NCBI RefSeq assembly: GCF_964213995.1
Contig: NC_135803.1
Location: forward strand, 10,044,001 to 10,108,000
Length of the DNA stretch: 64,000 nt
DNA from: Mustelus asterias
Lineage: Eukaryota
Reading direction: 5' to 3'
Under the pieces are notes generated by a model. The model was not told where the DNA came from and ran no database searches. It saw only the letters and a list, made by a program, of their open reading frames with translations. The translations under genes and the position numbers were made by a program. Positions 36,552-47,727 of the stretch are shown one piece after another (positions within the stretch are counted from its first letter, which is position 1; each line of letters opens with the position of its first letter).

Positions 36552-39500
36552 ATGCATTCCCTGCATTGAAGTCACCAGACTCTCCAAACATTCCTGAACC
36601 AAAAGCAGGAAACCCTCTTGTGTCCCACATATCCCGATGTCTTGCAAATAGCCTCCAGCTTCAGGTAAATGAAAAAAGGGATATGAAGCCAAAATGATGG
36701 ACGGTGAGGAAAGTTGACAACCCTGACATCGTGGGTACCTGTCCTGTGTTCATTGGTCAGACATGTTTGAACAGGGGATTCACATAGAGCAAATTACCAT
36801 CTCCTAGAAATATATTAACAAGTGCTTGGAGACAGCGGATATTCCTCATCAGCTAGTAGTCCTTGTCAAGCAGCCATCTTTTTGAACTGAAATATGGACC
36901 AGGAAAGCTAAAAGATCACTAAGAGAAGAGTTCCGTAACACTTTGGCTTGAGAAGAGAATATTGCCATCACAAGCCACTGAGATCGACACACTCTATGCC
37001 AAACATCCATTTGCCCTCTAGGATAAGTGAAGCTCTCACAAATGTCACTCATCGTTTACGTTTAACTAACGCATTATATCTAAATTGCTTCTTCTCAATA
37101 CCCTTAATAATTACCTTAAAATTGCTGACGACTGCCTATCTTAGGTATCTGCGGCTCCCGAACCCAAAATCTATCACATGGCGTCAGACGTAGGATCCAC
37201 CGTAGCTGAGATGGCATTGGCTCAAAATTTGTGTAGCAGCAGTACGAGGTTGTCCTTGGATGCAAGTGGCATCGTGGTTAGCACTGCTGCCTCACAGTGC
37301 CAGGGACCCGGGTTCGGTTGCCTCGCAAACAACTAGCATTTTTAGGACAAATTGCCTTTTACGCTAGCTTGCTGAGAAAGTTGAAATGGAGTACACATTT
37401 CACTGTCTGCGACAGTAAGGCATTCCTGCACCAATCACAGTCTGAAATATTCTCATTAACATGATACTTGAGATGAAGTGGCTGAGTGAAATAGCTGAAT
37501 TCTCAAAGCTTGTTCAAAAGTTCATTTGATGTACATTTTGTGTAAATAATTGTCTGTGTGGAACTTGTACATTCTCCTCGTGTCTGCGTGGGTTTCCTCC
37601 GGTGCACCGGTTTGCTCCCAGAGTCCAAAGATGTGCGGGTTGGATGGATTGACCATGCTAAATTGTTCCTTAGTGTCAGGCGGGCTAGCTAGGGTAGATG
37701 CATGGCGTTATGGCGATAGGGCCTGGGTGGGATTGTGCTCGGTGCAGACTCGAGGGCCGAATGGCCTCCTTCTGCACTGTCGGATTCTATGATTTTATAG
37801 TCAGGTAATTCTAGTAATGTTCGTACGTTATCCACTAGAAGTAACCGACAAATTAGGGAAATTATTTTGTACTTTAGGAATAGCTAGGTTAGCTAAGAAA
37901 TAGATATATTTCTAATAAATAAGGGATAAGGGGATCTGGGGAACAGGTGGGGAGGTGGATTTGAGACCAGGGAGAGAGCAGCAATGATCTGTTTGAATGG
38001 CGGCGCAGGTTCGAAGAGCTGAATTTTCTCCCAATTCCAATGTCGCTATGTTCCTAAAAATTAGTTGTGAGAAGTCAATAAGTAAATTTTCTTTTCATAG
38101 GGAGAACTATAACAAATATGGATATCTAAGAAATTATATTTTTAGAATTATGTAGAACGCTAGCGAATTAGATCTGTTGAATTAGCTGACACAGCATCAC
38201 TTTCTTCTCTCTTAAAAAAATATAAAGAATTCAAAGATGTTAACGACCAAGACAAGATAGAGATAACGGTCACAATGATTGTGTTCCTCGCAATGAGTTC
38301 ATTAGACTCTACAAACATTCCTCAGCTGACTGCCAGACGCCTTCATACCTTCCATACACCAATAGCTGGCAAATAGCCTCCTACATGAGGTAAATCAAAA
38401 AGCGACATCAAGCAAAATGATAGACAGGGGTGACTGTTGACCAACCTGCTTGTATACCTGTCCTGTATTCATTGGTCAGAAACGTTTGCGGTGATTATTG
38501 ACATAAGGTAAACGAACAGGCCCGAGCAATAAAGCATATCAAAGAATTCGAGGACACAGGAGGCATTTCTCGTCATGTGGCTGTCTTATTCAGCTGGAAG
38601 ATGAACCAGGGAAAATGGAGGAAGACCGAGAGAAATTTCCCTAATACTTCGGCTGGAGAGCAGAATCTGCCAGCATAAGTTCTTGAGACCAACACACGCT
38701 GGGCCGACTGTACTTTAATCCACCAGCATCAGTGAGCCTTTCTCAACTGCCACGTGCTGTATAGATTTCCTGCACGTTTAGCAAATGCATCATACCTAAA
38801 CTGCTGCTTCTTAATAAATCATCTTAAACTTACTTATGAATACTTTACTAATCTTAGGATTCTTTTTTTGATTCTGTCGCGGGATGTGAGCATCTGTGGC
38901 CATGCCAGCATACATTGCCCGTTCCTGATGCCCTTGGGAAGATGCCTTTTGCTTGAACCACTGCACTCCATGTGATGTAGGTACAACCATAGCGCTGTTA
39001 CGAAGAAAGTTCTGAACAGCAACAGTGAAGGAACAGTGATATAGTTTAAAGTCGAAATGATGTGTGGCTTGAAGTGGAACCTGAAAAAAGTGGTGTTCCC
39101 ATGCATATGCTGCAGTGGTTCTTCGAAGTGTAGAGATGGGGTTGGGAGATGTTATCGAAGGAGCCTTAGTGAATTGCTGCAATGTGTCTTGTAGATGGTA
39201 CACACTGCTGCCACTGCGCGCCAGTTATGGAGGGAGCCAACTTTGAAGGTGGTGGATTCGGTGCTAATCAAATGGGCTATTTGGCCAGGATCATGTCAAG
39301 TTTCTTGAGTGTTTCTGAAAGTGCATTCATGCAGAGAAGTGGATAGTATTTCATCAGACTCCTGACTTGTGCCTTGTAGATAGATGGTGAGCCTGCTTTG
39401 GGGCGTCTGAAGATGAGTTACTCACCATAGAATTCCCAGCCTCTGATGTGTTCTCGTAGCCACAGGCTTTATATTGTTGGTCCAGTTCAGTTTCTAGTCT

Positions 39501-39561
39501 ATGGACGGCTCGTAGAATATTGCGAATAGATCTGTGCCTCCCGAACCCAAACCCTTACACA
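36552..39561 (+). mobile_element. Old LTR retroelement relic: two diverged LTRs and a primer-binding site
   Basis: Direct repeats at about 36552-37178 and about 38280-38860 + 39527-39561, both ending CTCCCGAACCCAAA...ACA. The first is followed by TGGCGTCAGACGTAGGAT, resembling a tRNA-Leu PBS. Confidence 0.6.
37550..37798 (+). mobile_element. HE1-like SINE body (tail A)
   Basis: V-domain and GATTCTATGATT tail. Confidence 0.8.
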
Positions 39562-39569
39562 ACGTATTC

Positions 39570-41180
39570 ACATCCTTCTCTCTGTTTCATTATAGCCCCT
39601 ATTACTCTCGTCATCCAAGGTGTCTTGACTTTGGTCCCACTATCATTCACCCTTGTTATAAGCGGCCTGTGCCTGCAGCATTTTCCTCTTGAAGATTACT
39701 CGTTGTTTCATTACAGTTTTTCATGTCAATCTTACTCATTTTACCCATTTTATCCCATTGAAGTTCATCCTTTCCCAATTTAGAAGTTCTACTTTAGATT
39801 GGTCATTGCCTTTTTCCATTTCGAGCCGAAGGCGAATGATATTATGCTGACGCTTGCCCAAATACTCTGCCCAGGTACCTGATCCAATTTGGTCCACCTC
39901 ATTCTAGAGCAGCAGCTCCAAAAATGTTTTTTTCCATACTTGAGCTAAGAACATACTGGTCAAGGAAATTCGCCCGAACATGTTTCAAATTTTCCTCTCC
40001 TCCTTCATTGTTTGCTCTAATACTATTGCTCAGCTCACTCTGCTTTTCAAGAAGGGTGAAAGAGGAAAACTAGGGAATTACAGACCCGCTAGTCTAAACT
40101 CTGTGATGCAGAAATTGTTGGAGTCCATAATCAATGATAGGTTAACTGAATACCTCGAAAATGTTCAGTTAATCAGGGAGTGCCAGCATGAAGTCATAAC
40201 CGATAGATCATGCCGAACAAAACTCATTGATTTCCTTGAGGAGGGAATTTATGTAGTGGGCAATAGAATCTCTATGGATGTTGTTCATACGGACTTCCAG
40301 AAGGCATTTGATAAAGTCCTGCATGAACGATTGTTAACTAAGGTAGAAGCCCACGGAATTGATGGCAAATTACTGACATGGCTGGGAAACTGGTTGAGTG
40401 GCAGGCGACAGAAGGTAGGATAATGTGTAGGTATTCAAAATGGAAGGGTGTGACTCATACATCTGTGCTGCGGCCTCAATTATTCACAGTAATTGGACTT
40501 GGATAATGGCATAGATAATCATATATCCAAATTTGCTGATGACGCAAAGTTAGGTGGTATTGTAGACCATGTAGATATTAGCATGAATTACAAAGGGATA
40601 TTGATAGACGAGGAGAATGGGCAAAACTGTGGCAGATGGATTTCAATGTAAGCAAGTGTGAGGTTATCCAGTCTGGGCCGAAAACTATGTATCAGGGTAC
40701 TTTCTAGATGGTATGATGATAAATACAATGGAGTTCAAAGAGACTTTGGGTGAAGGGGGGAGGGGGGCGGTGGGGGTTCCGGTGCATAGATTTTTAAAAT
40801 GCCACGTAAATGTGCAGAAAATAATCAAGAAGGCTAATGCAATGCTGGCCTTTATATCTAGAAGACTGGAGTATAATGACGCTGAAGTCATACTGCAGCT
40901 GCACAAAACGCTGGCTAGATGCCACTTGGTACTGTGAGCAGATCTGGGCACCACATCTTGGGAAGGATATATAGGCCTTGCAAGGAGTGCAGAATAAATT
41001 TGCAAGAATGATGCCTCGACTTCTGGGTGAGATTGCAAAAATTAGGGCTATTTTTCCTCGAAATTAGACGGGTTAAGGGGGTAATCTGATTGAAGCCTTC
41101 AAGATATTAACAGGAAAGGACAGGGAAAATAAAGATAAATTATTGCCACTGGATGCAGATTCTAGAACTAGGGGAAAACC
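39570..41180 (+). mobile_element. Degenerate CR1 LINE (RT on + from about 40035; adjoining part appears inverted)
   Basis: LLFKKGERGKLGNYRPASL, DFQKAFDKV, SKFADD. Confidence 0.8.
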
Positions 41181-41749
41181 ATGGGCGGCACGGGTGGCAC
41201 AGTGGTTGGCACTGTTGCCTCATAGCTCCACATGGAAACGAAGAATCAGTAGGCAAGGTTGGATGTGAAGAAAATCACCGAATATCTTCAATGAAGAGAC
41301 ACGGCCCTTTGTGTAACGGCAACTGCACTGAAACTCATCCCCACAGTCAAAATAAGTGATGCCAGGGATCGTTAACTTAAAACAAAATGGAACGTCGCGT
41401 GTGAGGAATCTTTTTAGTTGGACAATAAAATGATGAGCTTCTGAACCATTGAAATTTAATTACCAATTAAAATGGTATAAGAACGAGGTCTGAACGCGGT
41501 GAAGACTTCTGGGGGAATTCGGGGAATTCGTTCTGAAAATAAAAATGTGTATTTGATCGAAGCAAGGAATGTTGAAAATGTTGAAGGTTGCAATAGACTT
41601 TTCTGTTGATTGGTCAAACCTGTGCCACAAATTGAGCCATATAGGATATTGCAAAAGTATGCATGGAAAACACCTCGACATTTTTAAATTAAAATGAAGA
41701 TTGTGTAATTAATGTATTGGGATGCAATAAGCAAGCCTGATTTATAATT

Positions 41750-42445
41750 TTGTTGCCTACAGACTTTAATACTCCCAACACGGACTGCATTGGCTGGTCT
41801 CCCACATTCTGCGCTCTGTAGGCTTGAAGTTCTCGAAACCTCGGTGACCTATGTTCCTACTCACCCCAAGTCCCATTCACCTTTCAGCCTTGTTCTCGCT
41901 GACCCCCATGAGCTCCCGGTAAAGCAACAGCTCATCTATGTGATCAATACATGCCCCCAACCCTCCCAGCTATCTGCGCCCACACTCTGAAGGGACCACA
42001 TGTGCACGGCTGTGGATAACAAAAATAAACGAGGCTGCACATTTCAACAAATCACCCACTCAGACAAAAAGAAAATTAGAGCGAACTGTGATCTGCCCTA
42101 ATGTAACGCTGACCTCATGAGCATTCCCGTTTTTAATTGCTACACCACTACTGGCCATATCTTTAGTTGCCAAGTCTTAAGCTCTGAAATTCCGTCCTTA
42201 AATCCCCTGCCACTCTGCCAGTCTTTCTTCGTTGTATGGATCGCTTAACATTATTTTCCTCAGTATCGACCACGTGTCTGATCACAAAGTCACCAGAAAT
42301 CGCAACAGGGCAAAGGACGGTCATTCGGCCCATCCAGTGGGCGCCTGCCCACTAGCCCCACTCTCTTGCATTATGCCCAAATCCTTTGCTTTATAACGCT
42401 CTTGTGAAGTGCCTTGGGAAGTTTTATTACATTAAAGGTGTTGTT
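41750..42445 (+). mobile_element. Degenerate L2-like LINE 3' fragment
   Basis: LAGLPHSALCRLEVLE...THPKSHSPFSLVLADPHELPVKQ reading and a GTGAAGTGCCTTGGGA...TTAAAGGTG tail. Confidence 0.5.
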
Positions 42446-43014
42446 GTTGTCGGGAATAGGAAGAGAATGGCGTTCGTCAAAAGCGGAGTTCTCATGGAAC
42501 AATTATAACAATCTAACATAGGGATGGAATTTAGGACACATTGCCTCCTGTGCAGAGATGCATGTGGGATGCCACAGAGATTTTTTTAAAAAACTTCGTT
42601 GATTATTTTGTCAGTAGATTCCCAATCTTCCAGGCATTTCCTTGCTGCGGGTTTTTACATTTATTTGATTCGCATCATTGCATCTCAAATATAGCATACG
42701 TTGCCACAGAATCCTCTTGCTTATGAAATTGAAATCTTTTTCCAGTTCTTTTATTTGAGTAACTTCTTACAATTTTATTCGTAACACTGCAACGTGAGTT
42801 TCAACTTGGAAATAGTGTTCCCATGAAAGCAACATCTGGCTCAATTGCATTGTGAACCCCATCAACTTTATATGTAAAGAATTGTCAAATATTGCGAAGG
42901 ACAATGGGGGAAAGAGAAATGTTGTTGGGTTAAATGGCTAATTCTTGTAAGGAAAGAACAGAAGGCGAATGGTATGCTTCTGCTCTGTTTGAGTCAATGT
43001 TTCATTGGAACAAT

Positions 43015-44142
43015 TTAACCCATCAAACATTTCCTCGTATTCATTTCTTGTCTCAGAAGGATAATATAACATTTAGGCGCAAAAATGCAAACCAGCAAAC
43101 CAAAACTGGAGGACAGAATGGCAAATATTTCTACCGCAACAGTATATTTCCCAGGAGAACTTACATACGCTGGAATGAAAGTTATCCAAACGGCACAAAA
43201 GATAAGCATGCTAAAAGTAATGTGTTTCGCTTCGTTGAAATTATCAGGACGTTTTCGAGCTAGAAAGGCAGCCACGAAACACACGCAGGACAGAAATCCA
43301 ATGTAACCTAATACACAGTAAAAGGCGATTGCAGACCCCACATGACATTCATAGACTATTATCTTCTTAAAATAATCACTGTTTTTCTCAGGATGGGGTG
43401 GCGATAGAGTTAGCCAGATAGCACATATTAAACTTCTTACAAGTGCAAGAATTAAAACTGTTAAACGCTGTTGTGTGGGTCCAAACCACTTCATGAGATT
43501 GTTGTTCGGAAGCGTTGCATTGAATGCCATCACCACAACAATTGTTTTGCACAGAACGCAAGAAGTTCAAAGAAATAAAGTAATATCAAATGCTACATGG
43601 CGTACTGCACAGGACCAGCCTGTAGGTTTTCCGATGAATGGAATTGAGCACAAAAAACAAAGCGTTAACGTGGTAAGAAGCAAAAAGCTCAACCCCGAGT
43701 TGTTCGCCTTAACAATAGGTGTGTGTCTGTGAAGGTAGAACGTTACAAAGACAATGATACTAATGCAGGCTCCAAGTAATGTGAGCGAGACCAAAATAAT
43801 CCCCATGGTTTCCTCAAAGGAAAGAAACTGAATTTCCTTCGGTATGCATTGTTCTCTGTGATCATTAGACCGGTATTCCATCGGACAGCGAATGTATTCT
43901 GTTGAGTCTAAAGACAAACACAGTCTAAACTGAAAGTAACATGATTCAATTCATTCCATATTCGGAGATGAATCGTAGCTAAATTATTTGTGACATGTGT
44001 ACTCCTGCTTATTCTTACCAGTCGTGTTGTTTATTTCACCCTCAGCACAGCGTATGCAGTCAAAGCAGCAAATGGGTTGAACTTTTATTGCTGCCCTTCT
44101 TGTTCCATTAGGACAGGGATCGGAGCAAACGGCTTTTGGAAC
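43015..44142 (-). pseudogene. V2R/OlfC pseudogene C: exon 5 (44019-44142) and exon 6 (43015-43907) only
   Basis: Exon 5 reads [29 protein letters not shown]. Exon 6 has an in-frame TGA at 43567-43569 where paralogs have Cys (VLCISC). Other lesions are NNSG for NNSE, a Cys-to-Tyr change (STEY) and RPDNF for LPxNF. No exons 1-4 found upstream. Confidence 0.9.
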
Positions 44143-44639
44143 CTTGTTTTAGAGAATAAAATGCAATAGATAGTCATCTTGCATTTTGTTTTTAGTCCCT
44201 TAACATTCATTGCCTTTAAGTGCGAATGGGTTGATATTCCTCGTGGGAGTGTAATCAGGGAATCCTGAATGTGCATGATCCCCATGTCCCTCCCCCCCCC
44301 CCCCCCCCGCCCCCCCACTCTCCTTTCTGAAAAATGTTGATTCATTCTTGGTCGCCATCTCCTCGCTCTTCCTTCTCTTATTTCTTCTGATAGTGATTCC
44401 TCGAATGTGAATCCATGCAGCATTTGCCAGCAAGCTATTTCAGCCCAAGATCTAAGTGTAAAGCGAAGTCACTGGCAAGAGTGAGTCACTGAAAGATGAC
44501 TAGTTGCTCCACCTCTGCTTGGTTCCATCCGCTCCACACTCCAAAACTCAAATCCCCTTGGATTCTGGGGTATTTGATGTCATTAACTCATGTAAAAACA
44601 CAACGTAAAAGGAAAACATGGCATAGAATGTATAAAGAA

Positions 44640-46575
44640 GGGTGGCACGGTGGCACAGTGGTTAGTACTGCTGCCTCACAGCACCAGGTACCTAGAAACA
44701 TAGAAAAATTACAGCACAATACAGGCCCTTCAGCCCACAAAGTTGTGCCGAACGTTAGCGATTACTAGGCTTACCTATAACCCTCTATCTTAAGAACATA
44801 GAACATCGAACTGTACAGCACAGAACAGCCCTTCGGCCCAAGATGTTGTGCCGAGCTTTATCTGAAACCAAGATCAAGCTATCCCACTCCCTATCATCCT
44901 GGTGTGCTCCATGTGCCTATCCAATAACCGCTTAAATGTTCCTAAAGTGTCTGACTCCACTATCACTGCAGGCAGTCCATTCCACACCCCAACCACTCTC
45001 TGCGTAAAGAACCTACCTCTGATATCCTTCCTATATCTCCCACCATGAACCCTATAGTTATGCCCCCTTGTAATAGTTCCACCCACCCGAGGAAATAGTC
45101 TTTGACCGTTCCCTCTATCTATCCCCTTCATCATTTTATAAACCTCTATTACTTACTAAGTTCCATGTACTTATCTAAAAGTCTCTTAAAAGACCCTATC
45201 GAATCCGCCTCCACCACTGTTGCCGGCAGCCCATTCCACGCACCCACCACCCTCTAAGTGAAAAACGTACCTCTGACATCTCCTCTGTACCTACTCCCCA
45301 GCACCTTAAACCTGTGTCCTCTTGTGGCAACAATTTCAGCCCTGGGAAAAAGCCTCTGACCATCCACTCGATCAATACCTCTCAACATCTTATACACCTC
45401 TATCAGGTCACCCCTCATCCTTTGTCTCTCCAAGGAGAAAAGGCCGAGCTCACTCAACCTATCCTCATAAGGCATGCTCCCCAACCCAGGCAACATCTTT
45501 GTAAATCTCCTCTGCACCCTTTCTATGGCTTCCACATCCTTCCTGTAATGAGGCAACCAGAACTGAGCACAGTACTCTAAGTGTGGTCTGACCAGGGTCT
45601 TATATAGCTGCAACATTACCTCACGACTCCTAAACTCAATTCCTCAATTGATGAAGGCCAGTACACCATACGCCTTCTTAACCACAGCGTCAACCTGCAC
45701 AGCTGCTTTGAGCGTCCTATGAACTCGGACCCCAAGATCCTTCTGATCTTCCACTCTGCCAAGAGTCCTACCATTAATATTATATTCCACCATCCTATTT
45801 GACCTGCCAAAATGAACCACCTCACACTTATCTGGGTTGAACTCCATCTGCCACTTCTCCGCCCAGTCTTGCATCCTTTCAATGTCTCGCTGCAACTTCT
45901 GACATCCCTCCACACTACCCACAACACCTCCAACCTTTGTGTCATCAGCAAACTTACCAACCCATCCCTCCACTTCCTCATCTAGGTCATTTATAAAAAT
46001 CACAATGAGTAAGGGTCCCAGAACAGATCCCTGGGGAACTCCACCGACCTCCATGCAGTATATGACCCATCTATAACCATTCTTTGCCTTCTGTGGGCAA
46101 GCCAGTTCTGGATCCACAAAGCAATGTCCCCTTGGATCCCATGCCCCCTCACTTTCTCAATAAGCCTTGCATGGGGCACCTTATCAAATGCCTTGCTGAA
46201 GTCCATATATACTACATCTACTGCTCTTCCTTCATCAACGTGTTTAGTCATATCCTCAAAAAATTCAACCAGGCTCGGAAGGCACGAGCTGCCTTTGACA
46301 AAGCCATGCTGACTATTCTTAATCATATTATGGGTTCGATTCCTATCCTGGATCACTGTCTGCGTGGAGTTTGCACATTGTCCCTGTGTCTGCGCGAGTT
46401 TCCTCCGGGTGCTCCGGTTTCCCCCCACAGTCCAAAGATGTGCTGGTTATGTGGATTGGCCATGCTAAATTCTCCCTCAGTGTACCCGAACAGGCGCTGA
46501 AGTGTGGCGACTAGTGGATTTTCACAGCAGCTTCATAGCTGTGTGAATGTAAGGCTACTTGTTGCTAATAAATAA
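44640..46575. mobile_element. Nested stack: type B SINE (+) split by CR1 (-, about 44692-46330), itself split by a second CR1 3' end (about 44790-45150)
   Basis: SINE head at 44640-44692 resumes at 46331 (TGGGTTCGATTCC). CR1 RT motifs SQHGFVKG, PQGSVLGP, FADDTK. Confidence 0.85.
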
Positions 46576-46884
46576 CCTTCAACTTCAAAATTAAGTACAC
46601 ACTGCAAGTATTAACTTGATACGGGAACGGAGAAGCCCGGGGCACACGCTAGCAAAACTTTGAGGTTTTCGTCAGTTAAGAAGGCTGCCAGAAAAGTGTA
46701 TAGGTTCCTTAGCTTGGCTTTCTACACAGGGATAGGGCACAAAAGTGAGGAAGTTATGCGTGACATTTATAAATCACTGCTTATGCCTCAAAGAATCATA
46801 TAGTGCAGAAAGAGAATTCGGCCCATCGAGTCTGCACTGGCATTAATCCCACCCAGGCCCTATTCCCTAACCCCTCATATAAAG

Positions 46885-47136
46885 TTAACGTTTATTTATT
46901 AGTCACAGGTAAGGCTTACATTAACATTTAAATGAAGTCATGTGAAATTGCCCTAGTAGCCACAGTCCTGCGCCTGTTTGTGTCAATGCACCTAATCAGC
47001 GCGTCTTTCAGACTGTGGGAGGAAACCGGTGCAGCCGGAGTAAACCCACGCAGACAGTGGCCCAAGCGAGGGATCGAACCCGGGTCCCTGGCGCTGTGAG
47101 GCAGCAGTGCTAACCACTGTGCCACCATGCCGCCCC
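46885..47136 (-). mobile_element. V-SINE type B, with an adjacent tail-A fragment at 46790-46880
   Basis: GGGGCGGCATGGTGGCACAGTGG head and B tail. Confidence 0.8.
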
Positions 47137-47582
47137 ATACTGGAATGTCAGAATACTTTTGTGCACAGGAGAACAACTTGTACAGCAAGTGTCTGCAGCT
47201 GGAAAATGAGTGACGTGTTTGATGGTTCGAGGGTGGCAGAGTGGGGCGGGGGGTGGGGGGGGGGGGGTTGGTTTGGTCCTGGTGTAGGGTGGGTTGTGTT
47301 AGCATGGTTGGTTGGTCCTCCGGTGTGGTAGGATGTGTCTTTTGCTGACAGGATGAGCTGGATGAGCTGAGATGGAATATGGAGCAAGGTTTGGGGGTCT
47401 ATAGCATAGCAGGGGAATGTCGGGGTAAAGTCAGGTGGTGGAGGTTGCCGGAGGTCGGGAGGATAGGCGGAGAAAGGAATCATTCTGGGTAGTCGGTGAG
47501 GGGATGAGGGCTAGTTCTGGTGTCACGCGAACTTAAAGTAGATCTTTCGGCACTTCTAGCATGCTCTGCTATTCAATAAGAT

Positions 47583-47727
47583 ACAGTAAGTAGTCTCACA
47601 ACATTCACCCGATGAAGGAGCAGCGCTCCGAAAACTCGTGCTACCAAATAATCCTGTTGGCCTTTAACCTGGTGTTGTGAGACTACTTACTGTGCCTACC
47701 CCAGTCCAACGCCGGCAACTCCACACC
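47583..47727. mobile_element. 145-bp miniature Penelope-like element with hammerhead-like motif
   Basis: 12-bp TSD ATTCAATAAGAT (47571-47582 and 47728-47739), 21-bp inverted repeat ACAGTAAGTAGTCTCACAACA, and CCGATGA-AGGAGC-AGC-GCTCC-GAAA. Same terminal extension as the 22421 and 24208 elements. Confidence 0.75.

Noticed and set aside
43537-43569. Frameshift or readthrough/selenocysteine at the break in pseudogene C exon 6
   Set aside because: The two ORFs are in frame, so it is a plain Cys-to-TGA nonsense change. Other conserved residues are also mutated and exons 1-4 are missing.
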